NCBI GenBank assembly: GCA_951406725.2 | Contig: OX597822.1 | Span: 23,250,001 to 23,314,000, forward strand | Direction: 5' to 3' | DNA from: Octopus vulgaris | Taxonomy: Eukaryota | DNA: 64,000 nucleotides | Shown here: positions 51,379-64,000 of the stretch, one piece after another | Numbering within the stretch: the first letter of the stretch is position 1 | Layout: each line of letters begins with the position of its first letter | Program-made: the position numbers and the translations under genes | The notes under the pieces: generated by a model | The model's database searches: none | What the model saw: only the letters and a program-made list of their open reading frames with translations | What the model was told of the DNA's origin: nothing

Positions 51379-52668
51379 AATATATATATTTGTGTGTCTG
51401 TGTTTGCCCCCCCCCCCCACCCCCACTATTGCTTGACATTGATGTTGGTGTGTTTACGTCCCCATAACTTAGCGGTTCGGCAAAAGAGACTGATAGAATA
51501 AATACTAGGCTTACAAAGAATAAGTCCTGAGGTCGATTTGTTCGACTAAAGGCGCTGCCCCAGCATAGCCGCAGATAAATAACTGAAATATGTAAAAGAA
51601 AAGTATATATATATATATAGAGAGAGAGGGGGGGTATCTATCAGTGACTGGAGAAGAGAGAGTTTCAAATTTTATCCACACGCATCATTAATAAGCTACA
51701 GTAATTCTTTGGATTTGCATAAATTTCCATGACATCAGAAAACAATGCTTCTTTTTCTTTCCTTCTTGACGTTTAACCCCTTCAATTTAAAAACCGTGAA
51801 CTTCCTTTTTAAAATTCCATTTTGTACTCGTGATTATATAATAACTGCCTACATACAAACCAACGGCAGTGGCCTCTGTGCTCTTATGTGGCCGCTTAAC
51901 TCGCTAGAAATATCAACTAAATCTCTCTCGTGTAAAGTACAGAAAACAACGCCAAGAAAAAAAGATGACGTTTTCTGTCGTCACAGCTGGAACAGCTTTG
52001 ATCAAATGTCCGCTCGTTCTTGTCTCACCTGGGACAAAACAACAACAAACAACAACTTCTGTACGTCATTAAAGATCAGGTCACTCAACCGCTTAAACGC
52101 AGCAGCCAAATTTCCATCGGTTGAACGTCCTACGTATCTCTGAAAAAAATTATATTGGATTATGTTGTCTTCGGTTCATTGCACAAGGTGGAACGGTTAC
52201 AGCTGGAATACCCTTGGTCACAGGTCTGTTCGAACAGTGCCAACTCTGGACTAAGCAACAATAACAACTGTAACATCAGTTCAAGTTAAGTTTACTGAGG
52301 CTACTCGACATTAGCAATACTACCTTCTAGCGGAAAATTTCCTCGAGATGCCTTCTGCACGAAGAACGTATAGTTAAGTGCTGGCCAACATAGTTATTGT
52401 TGTGAGCCCAAAAGACAATCTTAATCAAATGAAATTAAACCTTTAATGAGTAGGAGAATTAGCGTTAATGACATTTTTATCAAGAGAGAGAAGAGTAGGG
52501 AGAGACAGAGGGAAAAGAGAGGAGGGAACCGTGAAATTTAAAATTTATTGAAAATACGGAAATATACAGTGGGAAATGTATTTGATCCTTGTTAGTTACT
52601 ATAAGGACAACTTCTGAAAATCATTGTCTAACACGTAATTATCATACCTTATTACACACATACACACA

Positions 52669-52749
<81 letters not shown>

Positions 52750-53141
52750 TACCAATATACCTCTTGTTATTGAATTAGTACAAATATAAGAAAAGGAATC
52801 TCAATTTACCATTACATCTATGAAAGGATTGTAGTTTTGAACAGTCAGAACTTTGTGTAAATCCTACGTTTTATAAATGTTCTTATTTATATTTTCTGAT
52901 GCATGAAATATACGAAGTCTCCATATTATTATTTCATTAAGTTCAAGATATAGGCGTAGGCATGGGCATAGGCGCAGGCATAGCTATGTGGTTAAGAAAC
53001 TTGCTTTAGACCCACGTGGTTTAGGGTCCAGTCCCACTGCACGGCACTTTGGGAACGTGTCTTCTGTAACCCCGATCAGACCAACGTCTTGTGAGCGATT
53101 ATGGTAGAAGGAATCTGTGGAAACCCGGTGTGTGTGTGTGT

Positions 53142-53182
<41 letters not shown>

Positions 53183-53236
53183 CGTGTGTGTGTGTGTAAG
53201 GTAAAGGAAAGACGGAAGATGGAAGATGCAAAAATT

Positions 53237-53357
53237 TTTATTAATCACGACAATTGTTTCGACACATCTAGAATCGATCCCTCACGAGTGGGATACTTAA
53301 CAACTGTTTCAGGGGTATCCGCCAGTGCAGATGTGTCTATTCGAGTGATAAATAAAT
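53237..53357 (-). ncRNA. Degenerate type-I hammerhead with extended stem II
   Basis: Minus strand tttatttatcac-TCGAATA-GACACATCT...AGATGTGTC-GAAAC-AATT-GTC^-gtgattaataaa. Stems, palindromic stem III and GUC are intact. The CUGANGA core is mutated. Confidence 0.58.
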
Positions 53358-54119
53358 ATAACTCGTTAAAATAAAAGTTCCCCAATGTATCTTCTCATGT
53401 CGTGTAAAGAAAGGCGGCAAAACAAAGGTTATATATTTATTTATGTAGAAGATCAAGCATAAAATAACAGATGCAGAAAAAAAAAAAAAAGAAACGAACA
53501 CACAATGCAGCAACAAAAGTATTAAAAATAACCGTTAACAGATATGGATGTATAAACGCCCTCGCGCAAGCTGAATGACGCATGTACACTCACTCATACA
53601 AGCATTCACGAAGATGTAAGCATACGCACATATATGTTTGGTGCACACATGTTCACATCGTGAGTTAAATAGCTACTTGGTGTTTATAAGTATGGAGAGA
53701 TTAAAGCTAGACTTAATTCATCCATATCTTAAATCTATTATGTTAACATTTACTTAAATTCATTCCTACTGCATTGTGCGAAAGTACATTTATATGTATG
53801 TAGGCGTCTTGAGAGTCTTTCAGAAATTCCATTAATGATCTTCTCATTGGTTCACAGAACATACAGGGATTCCTCGGAACAAAATCGGCATCTCTTGGAA
53901 ATGATATTGTATGGTTTTGCGTGCCTTACTATGGACTAAAATATGTTATATCTAATTTTGTCTTCTTTCAGTTGCCACACAAAATTGGCTTAAGATGTTG
54001 AATGTCTCTTATTGATTCTCTTCAAGCTGGCGTCATGGTAGCGATAGCGATTCCTAAATGAATCGGCCGTCTGCCCAATGTAAACATAGGGCCATTCCCT
54101 TGTGTGCACGGTACACGGT

Positions 54120-54352
54120 AAGGCGATGAGCTGGCAGAAACGTTAGCACGCCGGGCGAAATGCTTAATGGTATTTCGTCTGCGTTACGTTGTGAGTTCAA
54201 ATTCCGCCGAGGTCGACTTTGCCTTTCATCCTTTCGGGGTCGATAAATTAAGTACCAGTTACGCACTGGGGTCGATGTAATCGACTTAATACCTATGTCT
54301 GTCCTTGTTTGTCCCCTCTGTGTTTAGCCCCTTGTGGGTAATAAAGAAATAG
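54120..54352 (+). mobile_element. tRNA-derived SINE family B (Nin-domain-like), full-length representative
   Basis: Head GAGCTGGCAGAA..GAGTTCAAATTC, central GTCGACTTTGCCTTTCATCCTTTCGGGGTCGATAAATTAAGTACCAG, and tail AAAGAAATA. Confidence 0.9.
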
Positions 54353-55135
54353 GTACATTTATACACAAGATTTGTATGTATGTATGTATGTATGTATGTA
54401 TGTATGTATGTGTGCGTGTGTGTGTATGCATGTATGTATGTGTGTGTCTTTGTGCTCGTATTTGTACTCCCCCACCGCTAGATAACCAGTGTTGTTCTGC
54501 ATATGTTCCCGCAAATTAGCGGTTCAGCAAAAGGAGGACAATAGAATAGGTAAGTACCGCACTTGAAAAAAAAAACGAATTTTAATCTGAGGTCGATTTG
54601 TTCGACAAAACCCTTCAATGCGGTGCCCCAGCATGGCTGCAATCATATACCTGAAACTAGGAAAAGAAAGATAAAACATTACAAATTGTCCTCGATTTCA
54701 ATCCATTGTAAAATTTGAAAGCCAAACAATTCAACTTGTTTTATTTGGGGTGAGGCGGCAGAATTGTTTGAGCGTCGGGGGAAAAAATCCTTGCTGGTCT
54801 TTTTACGTTCTGAGTTCAAATTCCGCCCGATGTCAACTTTACCTTCCCGCCTTTCATGGTTCCATAAAATAAAAAACCAGTGAAGTATTGAGGTCGATAA
54901 TATCGATTGACCCTTTCCCCTAGATTTTCTGGTTTTGTGCTTAAATTGGAACAAAAAAAAAGTTAAACATTCTGATTATGTCTTCATTTTCAACCTTTCA
55001 TGAAAACATGTCCAGTGATACACAAATGTTACTTTACTCGGAAGCAAGTGAGGGTTGGTGACAGGAAAGGAATCCGACCGTAGAAAATGCACCTGACAAA
55101 TTCCGCCTGGCTCTCGCAAGCACGACGGCGATAAC

Positions 55136-55176
<41 letters not shown>

Positions 55177-55648
55177 CGACGACGACGTCAACGTCGATTA
55201 TGATGATGGTGATGACGACGACGACGACGACGATGATGATATCTGACAAACGCAGACGACCACTCAATACTTCAAATACTTCATGATAAAGGAAGTAGAC
55301 AGTCGAAAAATACTGTAAATTCTGAGAATATCATTCACGTGGTATGATTGACATGGAAAAGGAAATAGGAAAAATAAACGAGTATGGTTGTGTGATTAAG
55401 AGATTCAATTCCAGTCATGCAGTTCCCGGTTCAATCCTATTTTGTGATAACTTGGGAAAGCGTTTTCGTTTCTTGTGGCATTGAATTGACCAATTTCTTG
55501 TGAGTGGAATTTCTTGTTCTGCGATTTGATACTTTGACGAAACGATATTTGCTAGGCCCAACTCAACACGTGAACATGCAACAAAGCTGACCATGAAAGA
55601 AATATGGATTTGTAAGTACGGCTCCAACAATCTTGAGGAGAATGTCTT

Positions 55649-56064
55649 ATTTCTTTACTGCCCACAAGGGGCTAAACATAAAGGGGACAAATAAGGACAG
55701 GCAAAGGGATTAAGTCGATTATATCGACCTCAGTGCGTAACTGGTACTTATTTAATCGACCCCGAAAGGATGAAAAGCAAAGTCGACCTCGGCGGAATTT
55801 GAACTCAGAACATAACGGCAGACGAAATACCTATTTCTTTACTACCCACAAGGGTCTAAACACAGAGGGGACAAACAAGGACAGACAAACGGATTAAGTC
55901 GAGTATATCGACCCCAGTGCGTAACTGGTACTTATTTAATCGACCCCGAAAGGATGAAAAGCAAAGTCGACCTCGGCGGAATTTGAACTCAGAACGTAGC
56001 GGCACACAAAATATTGCTAAGCATTTCGCCCGGCGTGCTAACGCTTCTGCCAGCTCGCCGCCTT
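55649..56064 (-). mobile_element. Tandem (dimeric) SINE-B within a single TSD
   Basis: A full monomer (55831-56064) plus a headless monomer (55649-55830). AGGAGAATGTCTT lies at 55636-55648 and 56069-56081. Confidence 0.88.
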
Positions 56065-56501
56065 ATATAGGAGAATGTCTTTGCAATTTGTTTGATGGTC
56101 ATAAGAAAAGAATACACCGCCTGAAACTGTAAGCGCTTGAATCTATGACTCTCAACCGGGAGCCATATGGCCCTTGGAGGTCCATATAAGATTTTGTTAA
56201 AATTCATGTGCATTAAATTAGTTATACTTCTACAATACACTGAATACATTATCAATTTTTTCTATACAATTCCTAATAATATTTAATTATAAAAGTCGAA
56301 TGGGATTTTCTTTTTACACACGGAATGATTATGAGGATTCACCCGAACAAAACAGGAATCAAATGGGTCCATACGTAAAAAATGGGCGAGAACCACAGGC
56401 TTAAATGGAAGTAGTATATCTTCTGGGACGAGTGGAATGCTTGAGATGAAAACATCGGCCTTGGAATAGTCATTCATAACAGTGGATTTGGTCGTATAGA
56501 A

Positions 56502-56727
56502 CAAGGGTCCTTAACCACCGGGCCGCGGACTAGTACCGAGCCGTAGATCATTTGGTACCGAGTCGTACAGAAAGAATATATTTTAGAATTTTATCACCAT
56601 TTTATTGACTATCACAGTCTGCAGGGTGTTTTCGCATAATATATGTGTAATAATTAAATTATATGTCTGTAGGAAAATTGCCTTGCATGAAACAGATCCG
56701 AAGTGCGAGAAACGTTGAGGACCGCTG
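56502..56727. mobile_element. Non-autonomous hAT (Charlie/MER1-like) element
   Basis: TIRs CAAGGGTCCTTAAC / GTTGAGGACCGCTG and an 8-bp TSD GTATAGAA / GTATAGAG. Confidence 0.78.
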
Positions 56728-57044
56728 GTATAGAGCCTAAGAATTTTGGCAGCTAATCTTGTACCATTTCAGTGTTTTGGTGCATTCAAATTTTGAAGTA
56801 ACATAATGAGTGAGCCTGCTTCCCGTTGCAAATAGTGAGGTGGGACAGAAGCAGAGTGATGAGAATTAAGAAACTCTGAAGGATAGTTGAGGGCATCGTT
56901 AACGTAGCTATTGCTTGAACCCATAGGCACCATCTGAATTAGACTCGTTTTTGTAGAATGATAAATGGCATTTATAACCAGCACAATGTCACTTTTGAGA
57001 AATAGGGGAAACTTCAGAAATGTTAATAGACATTTGTGGTTGCA

Positions 57045-57810
57045 CACTATGGACTCTGAACAAATTTGAGAAGAATATAATTAAAAGGTTTGAAATATGG
57101 GTGTATAGGAGAATGTTACGAGTCTTTTACAAGAATCATCAGTCAAATGGATGAGTGTTACCAGAAGTTGGTGGAAGACGAGAACTCCTGAACATTGTGA
57201 AAAGAAAAGAAAAAAAGAAAAAGCTCATCTATTATGGCCATATTCGAAGAAGCAGAGGTCTGGAAAGCATTACCATGAATGAAAGAGTGTAGTAGATGAA
57301 GAGGTAACTCTTTTACTCTTTTACTTGTTTCAGTCATTTGACTGCGACCATGCTGGAGCACCGCCTTTATAGTTGAGCAAATCGACCCCAGAGCTTATTC
57401 TTTGAAAGCCTAGAACTTATTTTGCTGAACCGCTAAGTTACGAGGACGTAAACACACCAGCATCGGTTGTCAAGCGATGCTGCGGGTGTGTGTATGGGGA
57501 CTAACAGACACACAAACACGCACACATACATATACGACGGGCTTCTTCCAGCTTCCGTCTACCAAATCCACCCACAAGGCTTTAGTCGGCCCGAGGCTAT
57601 AGTAGAAGACACTTGCCCAAGGTGCCACGCAGTGGGAATGAACCCAGAACCATGTGGTTGGTAAGCAAGCTACTTACCACATAGCCGAACGGATGAGTAA
57701 TATCACGAGCTGGTTGATCAAGAATGGCAAGGCAGCTGGAGAACTGTCGCTTAATCGGGAAGACTTCCGTTGCGCTGTCATCAATATACAGTACACGACG
57801 ACGACGTTGA
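57045..57810 (+). mobile_element. Degenerate RTE-clade LINE 3' fragment interrupted by SINE-A
   Basis: WTLNK..RFEIWVYRRMLRV and KLIYYGHIRR before the SINE; WMSNITSW..REDFR after it. Confidence 0.7.
57307..57686 (-). mobile_element. SINE-A copy inserted in an RTE fragment
   Basis: Near full-length match to family A. Confidence 0.88.
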
Positions 57811-58099
57811 GAAAGAGAATTCATAGTTTCTATAATTCTATGAGAAGCTAGGATAAAGTTTCAATTATATTTCTGTAATTATAATGATGATTGCAACAGA
57901 TATTTTTGGATTTTGCCACCTTAGTTGTCACTTGACAGCTGTCTATAATCTCTCGCTTCCAATTTAAGTAAATCTTTTGCGAACATGGTAGCTACAGTTT
58001 GTACTAGAACTGACAGTCCACACTAATTAAGAACATTGCCAGACGTGTACTGAATATTATTTTCAAAGAGAATCATGACGAGAGTAAACTCTTGGCGGG

Positions 58100-59035
58100 A
58101 AAATTCCAACACTTGTTGCGCTTTATATGTCTTCTGTCATGAGGTCCTCCTCATTACGTCAAAGTTTTTGACGATCAGGTGTCTGTATTTACTGATGATC
58201 TTCTTGATACAGTAAGGCGTCACATTACGCAAGCCGAGCAATCAGGTATATTGTAGATACAAGAACGGATGCTAGGGAATCTGGGCTTTTCTAGAATCAA
58301 GCAAATCTGATTTCGTAGAACGTCCAAGACATGAAGAGAAAGACGGAAGGCACTAACGGTGAAAACTGGAGTGAGGGTTAAGTTTGGAAAGACAAAGATT
58401 ATGAAAATTGAATGCGATGACCCTGGCTTTGTCATGATCGAAAATAACGTACTGAAAAGAAAAGTGAAATGTTTTACGTATCTAGGAGGTATGATATCCA
58501 TAACTGGAGATACAGAGGAGAAAGTTAAATTGAAACTTACGAAAGAGAGCCAATCTTTTAACATATTGAAGCCTGTTAGAAAGACAAAAGCTCAGTCCAG
58601 ACATGTGCTGGGACTTTTCAAGAGTAGCATCAAATCTGTTTTGGGGCTGAGTCATGGCGAATGTACGCGAATATCCTTGGAAAGCTCCGAAATTCACGAG
58701 CAAATGACTCAGAAACGTTCTAAGCTTTAGATATCCAGAAATTACGAGCAACAATGACGTCCAGGCTAAAACCAACCAGGAAATCATTGGTCACCAAACG
58801 TATATGGAAATAGCTCGGCCATACTTTAAGAAGACTATGGAGGTATTTGGCAAGGCGAGCCTTGAATTGGTTTCTGGAGAGTAAAGCGAAGGCAGGATGG
58901 CCGATCGTCACTTTGCCGAGATAAGTAGAAGAGGACCAAATGAAAAGAAAAACCCATTGGATGGCTGTTGTGGGGAGCCTATGTTGCGCCAGGAATTCCA
59001 AACAGCCTATGATGATGATGATGAGGATGATGATG
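58100..59035 (+). mobile_element. Degenerate RTE-clade LINE fragment
   Basis: Broken RT C-terminal motifs (FTDDL, KTKIMK, VKCFTYLGGMIS) and a (GAT)n tail at about 59010. Confidence 0.7.
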
Positions 59036-59242
59036 AATGTGTGTGTGTGTGTATTATTCATAGTCAAATTCGGGAAAGACTCATGAGGATAAAAACTTAT
59101 TAAATTGCCAATATATGTCAGAAAAAAGGTAACATAGGGAAAAAAGCAAAGACAAAAGAGAGTGAGAGACAACGAGGAGAAATTTTGGAAAGCAATGGAG
59201 TAAAATTTGAAAGTAAGACTGTTAAATTCCATATTTCAATTA

Positions 59243-59739
59243 CCGTAAACCCTCGAATATAATCCGCACTTTTTTCCCAAAATTTAAAGGTCAAAATCCC
59301 TAGTGCGTACTATATACGAGGTTAAAAATGAAAAATATTTTCTAAGCAATGTCCGAGTCAATTTGCTGTCCGGCAATGTTTATTCAGACACATTTTGTGA
59401 TGTCAGGCGCGAAAATACCTTAAGCTAAGCCTGAAAGCAATGAAGTCATAAAAGAATCATCCATAACTTGCAGTTAGCAACATTTATTAACATAAAAGTA
59501 TTCAGAACACAAAATAACATATAACAAAAACAATTTGCAAACATATTTACATTCCCATTATAGCATTATGCATGCGTGGAAGTGTTTGTTCGACTAGGTG
59601 TTGCTGGCTTAATTACGCACGACTAAAGTTAGAGAAGTGGTGCGTATTATACACAAGGTTTAGGTTTTTCAGAGGTACAGCCTCCTAAAAATCCCCTGCG
59701 TATTATACTCAAGGGCGGATTATAATCGAGGATTTTTGG
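59243..59739. mobile_element. Non-autonomous Tc1/mariner-superfamily (pogo-like) MITE
   Basis: TA|CCGTAAACCCTCGAATATAATCCGC ... GCGGATTATAATCGAGGATTTTTGG|TA, with an internal repeat gtgcgtattata. Confidence 0.78.
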
Positions 59740-60191
59740 TATTTAAATTCCATGGACTCAAAATTTAAGACGGAGTAAATTTTGAAAGTAAGACCGTTAA
59801 ACTCCATACTTAATTAAAAGCTAATCAAAAGTAGTTTAATTTTTAGCTTATATTATAAAATTGCGACGGTTTCTAATTGAACGGTAAGCATGGTGGTTGA
59901 TATCAAAATAATTCTACATTTATGTAAGTTAATCTAATCTGGAAAGCTTAAAGCTTAAATCGAAAAAAATTAAAAAGTGTGTAACTCGAAAGAGGATAAA
60001 TGAATTTACTCGTTATGTATGGAACTTGGAAAACTCTATACATCATAGGAATATTATTAAATTGGTAAATTCTTCTGTGTGATAATTGGAATAAAGATAG
60101 ATTGGGAGAATATATTCGTATATAACTGTAAGTACTGAACAAGAACTAAGGAGCATAAAATATAGAAAATGTTGAATAATCCTATAAAAAT

Positions 60192-60660
60192 ATCACTTTG
60201 ATCACTTCGACCGACCAGTCCGTCAGGCGTCCATTTGACACCGCTGGTCACAGCACGCTGTCCACTCCTCTCTGGATCGCGCCTTTCTCATCCATGTGAT
60301 CCCAGTCGTCCTCCTGAAATCGTCACTCCACCGTCGTGGAGGTCTTCCGGGTGGTCTTTTCCGCTCACGCGGGTACCACTCGACAACTGCGTGCGTCCAC
60401 CGATTATCGGTGAGCCGGGCGACGTGTCCAGCCCATCTATACTTGCTGCATGTATACTCTGCGATGACATCTCTCACGCCGGACTTCTTTCTGATGATCT
60501 TGCTACGAGATACCAAGCATTGACCTTTCCATGGCTCTTTGAGCCGTTACCAGTCTCTCTCTTTGTGGTAGCCCATGTTTCACTTCCATATAACATTGCA
60601 TGTTAATGAGGTTGGCGCGGGTGGTCCTGTCCAACCTTCCCTTGAGCACATCCCTTGAGC
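60192..60660 (-). mobile_element. 5'-truncated RTE-clade LINE 3' end
   Basis: AQRAMERSMLGIS ... KYRWAGHVARLTDNRWT ... KRPPGRPPRRWSDD C-terminus, then a short 3' UTR ending in GTGATCAAAGTGAT. Confidence 0.88.
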
Positions 60661-61151
60661 CAAGGGAAGGTTGGAGCACATAAAAATATACGATAGTTAA
60701 ATTGAAAAAATTACAATGCAATCGAAGTAAAGTAAAGCTAATTTTCGAATTAGAAAAAAAAATTGAAAAATGATTCTCCAGAGATGTTGAATTACATCAG
60801 AATGAAGAAAAACAACAAACGTCGATTAAAGAGCGACTACGAAGGGAGATAAATCATTTAGCTTCGTTATGAGTGAAAAATAGAAATAATGAAAGGAAGA
60901 ATGAAAATGATAAAAATAAAATATTAAAGACCTGAAAAATGCATAATTGTTGATAGAATATATATGAAAGACTATAAGGGCAAATGTCTTGTGGCAGTTG
61001 CAAATATGGTATGTGGTAAGAAGTCTGCTAACCAACCACACAGTTCCGGGTTCAGTCACACTGCGTGCTACCTTGGGCAAGTGTTTTCTACTATAACCTT
61101 GGGCCGACCAAAGCATTGGAAACAGAAACAAGTCCTATGTTTATACATACA

Positions 61152-61182
<31 letters not shown>

Positions 61183-61196
61183 GTATGTATGTATGC

Positions 61197-61244
<48 letters not shown>

Positions 61245-61486
61245 GCGCATACACAGCCATACACACACACACAAACACAAAACACACATGTATAACAGAC
61301 GCACGTACACACACACGCACATGCATACATACATATATACATACATACATACATACATACATACATACATAATACATACATACACACACACAGATACAGA
61401 TGCAAACGAATGCGCAGATAAGGACATATACGCCATACTAAGACAGAATGAATTAAACAGAACAGGAGGAGATACGTGGCATGGAA

Positions 61487-61530
61487 GAGTCACTGAAGAG
61501 GTCATAGGTGTGTGACGAAATATTTCCTGT
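61487..61530 (+). ncRNA. Hammerhead-like motif (repeat family shared with 23435-23590)
   Basis: CTGAAGA-G-GTCAT-aggtgt-GTGAC-GAAATATTTC (palindromic). Stem I is not convincingly paired. Confidence 0.5.
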
Positions 61531-61689
61531 CAAAGGGTATAAGATAAAATAAGAACAATAATAAACAAGTCAAGAACGAATATGTAGTGCATGTGTTTAT
61601 TTCGCAAGAAAAATTTTTTTTTAAAAGTACTATCCCGAAACGTAACTATACACACACACACACGCACACACACGCACACACACACACAA

Positions 61690-61730
<41 letters not shown>

Positions 61731-62611
61731 CAGGGGTTGGACAAAATAATGGAAACGCCTTAAAATTTCAAACAAATTTATTCTAATATGGGGTAGGACC
61801 GCCTTTGGCAGTAATTACAGCTTGAATTCTACGAGGTATGGACTCGTACAAAGTTTGAATTAATTCCAAAGGAATTTTTATCTATTCCTCAGCTAAAACA
61901 GTCTCTAGTTCTCGTAGTGATGATGGTGGAGGATATTGACTCTTTACTTGTTTTTCTAAAATGCACCATTTTAATAATATTAAGATATTGGGACTGTGGT
62001 GGCCAAGTAAGATGTTCAACTTCACTAGAATGTTCTTCGTGCCATTCAGTAACAACTTTAGCCGTGTGAATTGGTGCATTATCATCTTGAAAGATTGCAT
62101 TTCCCTCCAGAAACAGTTCCGCAAACATAGGATGAATTTGATCAGATAAAATGCTTAAATAGACTTGACTATTAATTCTGCCACGAAGGAAAACCATTGG
62201 GTCGGCGGATTTCCAAGATATAGTCACCCAGATCATCACAGATCCTCCTCCATGTTTAACAGTTGGAAGAAGGAAGTCTACTTCTTTTAGTTGTCTCCAC
62301 ACGTATACTCGGCCGGTGCTCGGAAATAAGGTAAAAGATGACTCATCTGAGAAAATAACATTCTTCCACTGCTCTAGGGACCAATTCTGTAGGTTTTTAC
62401 TCCACTCTAAACGCTTGGCAACGTTTGTTTTTGAAAGTAGTGGTTTTCTGATTGAAGCCCTCCCGTGAAATCCGGATTTGTGCAGCTCCCGGTGAAATGC
62501 TCTTGTGGAAACTGGGTTCTCGAGGTGGTCATTAAGCTCTGCAGTAATTTTGGGAGCTGTACTTTTGTAATCCCTTCAAACAATTCGCGTAAGAGTCCGA
62601 CGGTCCCTATC
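61731..62611 (-). mobile_element. Tc1-family transposon remnant (3' TIR and broken DDE transposase)
   Basis: TA|CAGGGGTTGGACAAAATAATGGAAAC terminus. Minus-strand motifs WKNVIFSDESSF, KHGGGSVMIW, FQDDNAPIH and WPPQS. Frameshifted and cut by a SINE at about 62612. Confidence 0.9.
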
Positions 62612-62812
62612 TGAAATGAGTTGCGACGTCACTGGTGCCAAGCTGTATCGGGCCCTTTGCCTTTCCTTTGGATAACACTGGTGGCATGGAGCGGGGAGGC
62701 TGGCATGTATGGGCGACTGCTGGTCTTTCATAAACAACCTTGCCCGAACTTGTGCCTGGGAGGGTAACTTTCTAGGTACAATCCCACGATCAGTCATGAC
62801 CGAAGGGGGTCT
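62612..62812 (+). mobile_element. Family F 3' half at the Tc1 breakpoint
   Basis: Aligns with 41285-41478. Confidence 0.72.
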
Positions 62813-63194
62813 CAGCAACACTCAATATTACGCATTCACACGTATTAGAAAGTCCCATTCAGCGAACATGTATCTGTTCAGATTAAAGCGTTTGTACTAT
62901 AGCGTGAGTAAAAAATATAAATAGATTAATAGGTTTGTACTAAAACATTTATACGTTTGCTATTTATACATTTCTAGTTTGACGTTTATTGATTGTATAA
63001 CCAAACATCGCTTATTTGAAATAGTATAATACTAAACTATGATACCATTTAGAAATTGGAATTTAAAACCAAATTCACAGGGGATTCTCAAAAATTGATT
63101 ATTATACATGAGAATATTCTATATCTAAAGGCATTCCAAAGTTGGCCATCCCATTTGATTTTCTGTTTTTGTAGCTTTTGACTTTTATTTATGT

Positions 63195-63545
63195 TTTTTA
63201 CTTGTTTTAGTCAATTTACTGCGTGCGGCCATGCTGAGTGGGACCCCACCATGAAGTGTGAAGTCGAACATATCTAACCTCAGTACATATATATATATTC
63301 TTTTATAGTGTGGTACTTATTCTATCGGTTGTCTTTTGCCAAAACCGTTAAGTTACGATGAAGTAAACAAACCAAAACCGGCTTTCAAGCGGTGGTCGGA
63401 ATATAATCAAACACAATGATGAATACACACACACACACACATGTACGTCGGTCTTCTACACAGTCTCTGTTCACCATATACACTCACAAGGCATTGGTCA
63501 GTCTGAGACTATAACAGAAAACACTTGTCCAACGAGTTATGCCGT
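63195..63545 (-). mobile_element. Diverged SINE-A copy
   Basis: Tail and body motifs (tacttattctatcgg, cactcacaaggc) are recognisable. Confidence 0.7.
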
Positions 63546-63584
63546 GAAACTTCATCACACATCCATACCTTATGCTTCAATTAC

Positions 63585-63589
<5 letters not shown>

Positions 63590-63651
<62 letters not shown>

Positions 63652-64000
63652 GAGTGAGAGAGCAGTGCATGCCATCAAAGTGACACTGAAGTAAAATATA
63701 CGAAGCCTATTATACCCATCATGATTACTCGTCTGATAAGGGTACACTAGGCACATGCATCACAACCATATGTGCGTGACATGGTGATCTCATGTCAAAA
63801 TAACTACTACATGACCTTGCAGGTGGGGCCCAGTTAGAATTTTCCTCTGGTCGAGTAACCTATCCTGCTCAAGAAGTCCCTGAATAAGGGTTGTTTAAAG
63901 ATGTTGAACGAAACACCCATGTTTCCAGAAGTGACTTATTCAAACCCCAAACAATCCCTCTCAACACATGGCTATGATGCTCCCCCACTACTTCTGCTCA
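63590..64000 (-). mobile_element. Probable retroposon 3' end with (TAA)n tail, running off the window
   Basis: A long (TTA)n tract abuts non-low-complexity sequence. No coding motif was recognised. Confidence 0.45.

Overview
AT-rich, microsatellite-dense animal genomic DNA, most likely octopus. This is inferred from the tRNA-derived SINE families, RTE LINEs and TA/CA/GA repeats. The only host coding sequence I recognise is the first coding exon of an MTSS1/MTSS2 (Missing-in-metastasis, IMD/I-BAR) homologue on the minus strand at 48520-48591, followed by a GTAAGT donor. No second exon was found, so positions 1-48519 appear to be one very large intron. The rest is repeats: several SINE families, degenerate RTE and CR1/L2-like LINE fragments, a Tc1 remnant, and non-autonomous Helitron, piggyBac-type, hAT and pogo-type elements. 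Most listed ORFs are microsatellite or SINE artefacts. The most interesting signal is a set of minimal type-I hammerhead-ribozyme-like motifs in several different short repeats. One at 14513-14562 has fully paired stems I and II and a compensatory G3:C8 core, and is in sense orientation within the MTSS intron. Also notable are a SINE-LINE pair with a shared 3' tail, a near-perfect local inverted duplication (candidate ADAR substrate), fold-back elements with TSDs, and CpG-composition domains that suggest an internal promoter. Repeat boundaries were read by eye and are approximate unless termini are quoted.
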